Shown: positions 62,198 to 64,000 of the stretch, piece by piece
Position numbering within the stretch: position 1 is the first letter of the stretch
Layout: each line of letters opens with the position of its first letter
From: Halocafeteria seosinensis
Lineage: Eukaryota
DNA length: 64,000 nucleotides
Assembly: GCA_001687465.1 (NCBI GenBank)
Contig: LVLI01000346.1
Span: forward strand, 62,001 to 126,000
Direction: 5' to 3'
Notes under the pieces: generated by a model
What the model was told of the DNA's origin: nothing
The model's input: only the letters and a program-made list of their open reading frames with translations
Database searches by the model: none
Program-made: the position numbers and the translations under genes

Positions 62198-62996
62198 ATG
62201 CCGTCTCCACGCACGCGAAGACGTCATGATCAGCCTCAAGAGGTGGATGAGGCGGCTGAAATCGTTAAAAATGAGAGCCGAGTCAACCGCCATGCCGAAG
62301 GATCAACAAGCCAGAAAACAATGCCTTTACGATCATCTTCTAGGAGCATGAATCAGAGAGACCAAGGTCACAGTTCAGATGAAGCATACGAGCTGGAAGA
62401 AAGCGCAAAGAGTAACCATGGCAGCAGAAAATCATCGGGGAAGCGAGGAAACGAGCACGAATCAAGCACTCGCTCCAGCTTACAGGATAGCTCAACACTT
62501 ACGATAAAACAAAGAGGGAGTGGAACGGATGCACAAAAAGGACAAAGGAACAGTAGAGGAAGTCACAGAGACAGAAGGAGGGATTCTTCCAGATCTCAAC
62601 GATCGGCAGCGACAGAGGAATCTGCCCAATACCTCTCTGGCGACGAAGAAAACGATTTGTCGCTGCAGCTCGATAGAGATGACCAAGGGATTGCCCGTAG
62701 GAAAAAACCTAGACACACACGCTCCTCACAATCATCGCAACAGCAAAGGAATATGAAGCAAGAGCCTCAGGAAGGAGAGGAGGAGGAGCACGGTGGTGAA
62801 CATTCTCCCCACGTCCTGGTTCAACCCTCCAAGGGAGACCCGAATAAGAGTCCTGTAAGATTAAAATGTGTTACTCGATATTCTTTCAATGTTATTCAAT
62901 TATATTCTCATCAATTGATATGCACAGAGTGAATGGGTGGAGCGAATGAATAGTTACTTCGACACTATAGACGACGAGCCGCTAGAATGTCTCTAA
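62198..62996 (+). CDS. Sororin-like disordered protein with C-terminal Sororin motif (2 exons)
   Basis: S/R-rich disordered body. A phase-0 intron 62855-62927 adds the terminal exon SEWVERMNSYFDTIDDEPLECL*. Confidence 0.62.
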
Positions 62997-63034
62997 AAGG
63001 GACAAAATCTCTTTCACTTCCGATGAGATGCATC

Positions 63035-64000
63035 TTACCAGAACGGAAGCCAGGCAGTGTACCAAACGTTAACCATACGTCGCATTGGATCTACGGCGAC
63101 AAAGCATGAGTTGTGAGGGTTCTCTTGTGGAAATAACCGTGCACTAGAGTCACCCTCGAACCCGTGCACTCGGAAGACACGAGACGCCACCTTGATTTTC
63201 CCAGTTGACGCTTCTTTGTATACGGCCAACATATCCTTGTATAACTTCTTCACGGTTTCGTTGTATTCGTCCCATTTATCATCGTACTGACAAAGCGAGC
63301 CTCCTGTCACAATAGTTCGATACAATTGCCAGAGAAACTCTTGCCTTTCATCGTCATCGTACAACTGAACAGTTTCAGCGCGCACCATGGAGATCAAGAG
63401 TTCGAGAATATGAAAAACGCGGCGGAAGCGACTTACATAACTGTATTCTGCGTCATCCGATATGAATAGTTTACGTAGCTCGTCTCCAACGTTTACTCCT
63501 TCAAGCACATCATCAAAGCAACGGCGAATTAACCCCGAATGAGTGACAACTCCTGCAAATAGACATTGTTTTTCAACATCAGATGCTACAGGTAGGACTT
63601 CGTTTCCCGATTTCTTTACCTTCGTCTTGCAGTCGATCAAAGAAGCTCATACTTGTGACTGATACACTCAACTCCTCCCATTCCACTTTGTCCACAGTCC
63701 CCTGCAAAGCTATTTTCTCTCGGTTTGACCCCACTATCTGAAGCCGACAGTTCAAGGTAAGGCATTTAGGATGACGCAGGAGAGCATAACTGTGAAGGCA
63801 TACATACTGGTAAACTCTCTCGCAATGCCTCGCAGTTGAATAAATCACAGAGGAAGTTACCTATGCCTTTCTTGCTCTCGTCTAGTTTTTCTTCGTAGGA
63901 CAAACGAGAAGCGCTCAAAAAAGGTTCTAAATTCCATCTCATCAAGTTTTGTCGCATCTCCCTCTCCTTGAGGGACGGCAAGGCATCTTGCACGCTCTGA
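63035..64000 (-). CDS. CFAP300: CFAP300 (C11orf70) dynein-arm assembly factor; 5' end beyond the window
   Basis: SVTSMSFFDRL, DELRKLF, ERQEFLWQLY...GGSLCQYDD...TVKKLYKD, NSCFVAVDPMRR.V..WY. Confidence 0.88.

Overview
Eukaryotic nuclear DNA from a gene-dense genome with short spliceosomal introns (mostly ~50-140 nt, GT-AG, one GC-AG) and the standard genetic code. Cilia/centriole genes (SAS-6, FUZ, CFAP300, roadblock) indicate a flagellated organism, probably a protist; a stramenopile-like origin is an impression only. About 30 protein genes can be reconstructed by joining ORF-track fragments across introns: MPS1, lysA, PCBD, two tandem SAS-6 paralogs, TFIIE-alpha, MZT1, GSK3, PRP19, phosducin-like, LTO1, SAS10, PFK, HSCB, copine/RGLG-like vWA, mL40, ATM1, roadblock, BRO1/ALIX, AKR-like, NSE3/MAGE, SLC25 carrier, METTL18, FUZ, a Sororin-like protein, CFAP300 and several unknowns. 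No tRNA, rRNA, CRISPR array or recognisable transposon was found; 1-3700 is unresolved. Most notable: (1) clustered TTTGAA (CHR-like) motifs just upstream of cell-cycle/centrosome genes, suggesting a DREAM-like regulon; (2) tandem divergent SAS-6 paralogs, one lacking the head-dimerisation Phe; (3) a Sororin-like gene whose motif is visible only after splicing; (4) a hairpin-rich ~330-nt intergenic ncRNA candidate; (5) a WH2-like tail on MPS1. Family calls come from recalled motifs, not database searches, and exon boundaries were read by eye.
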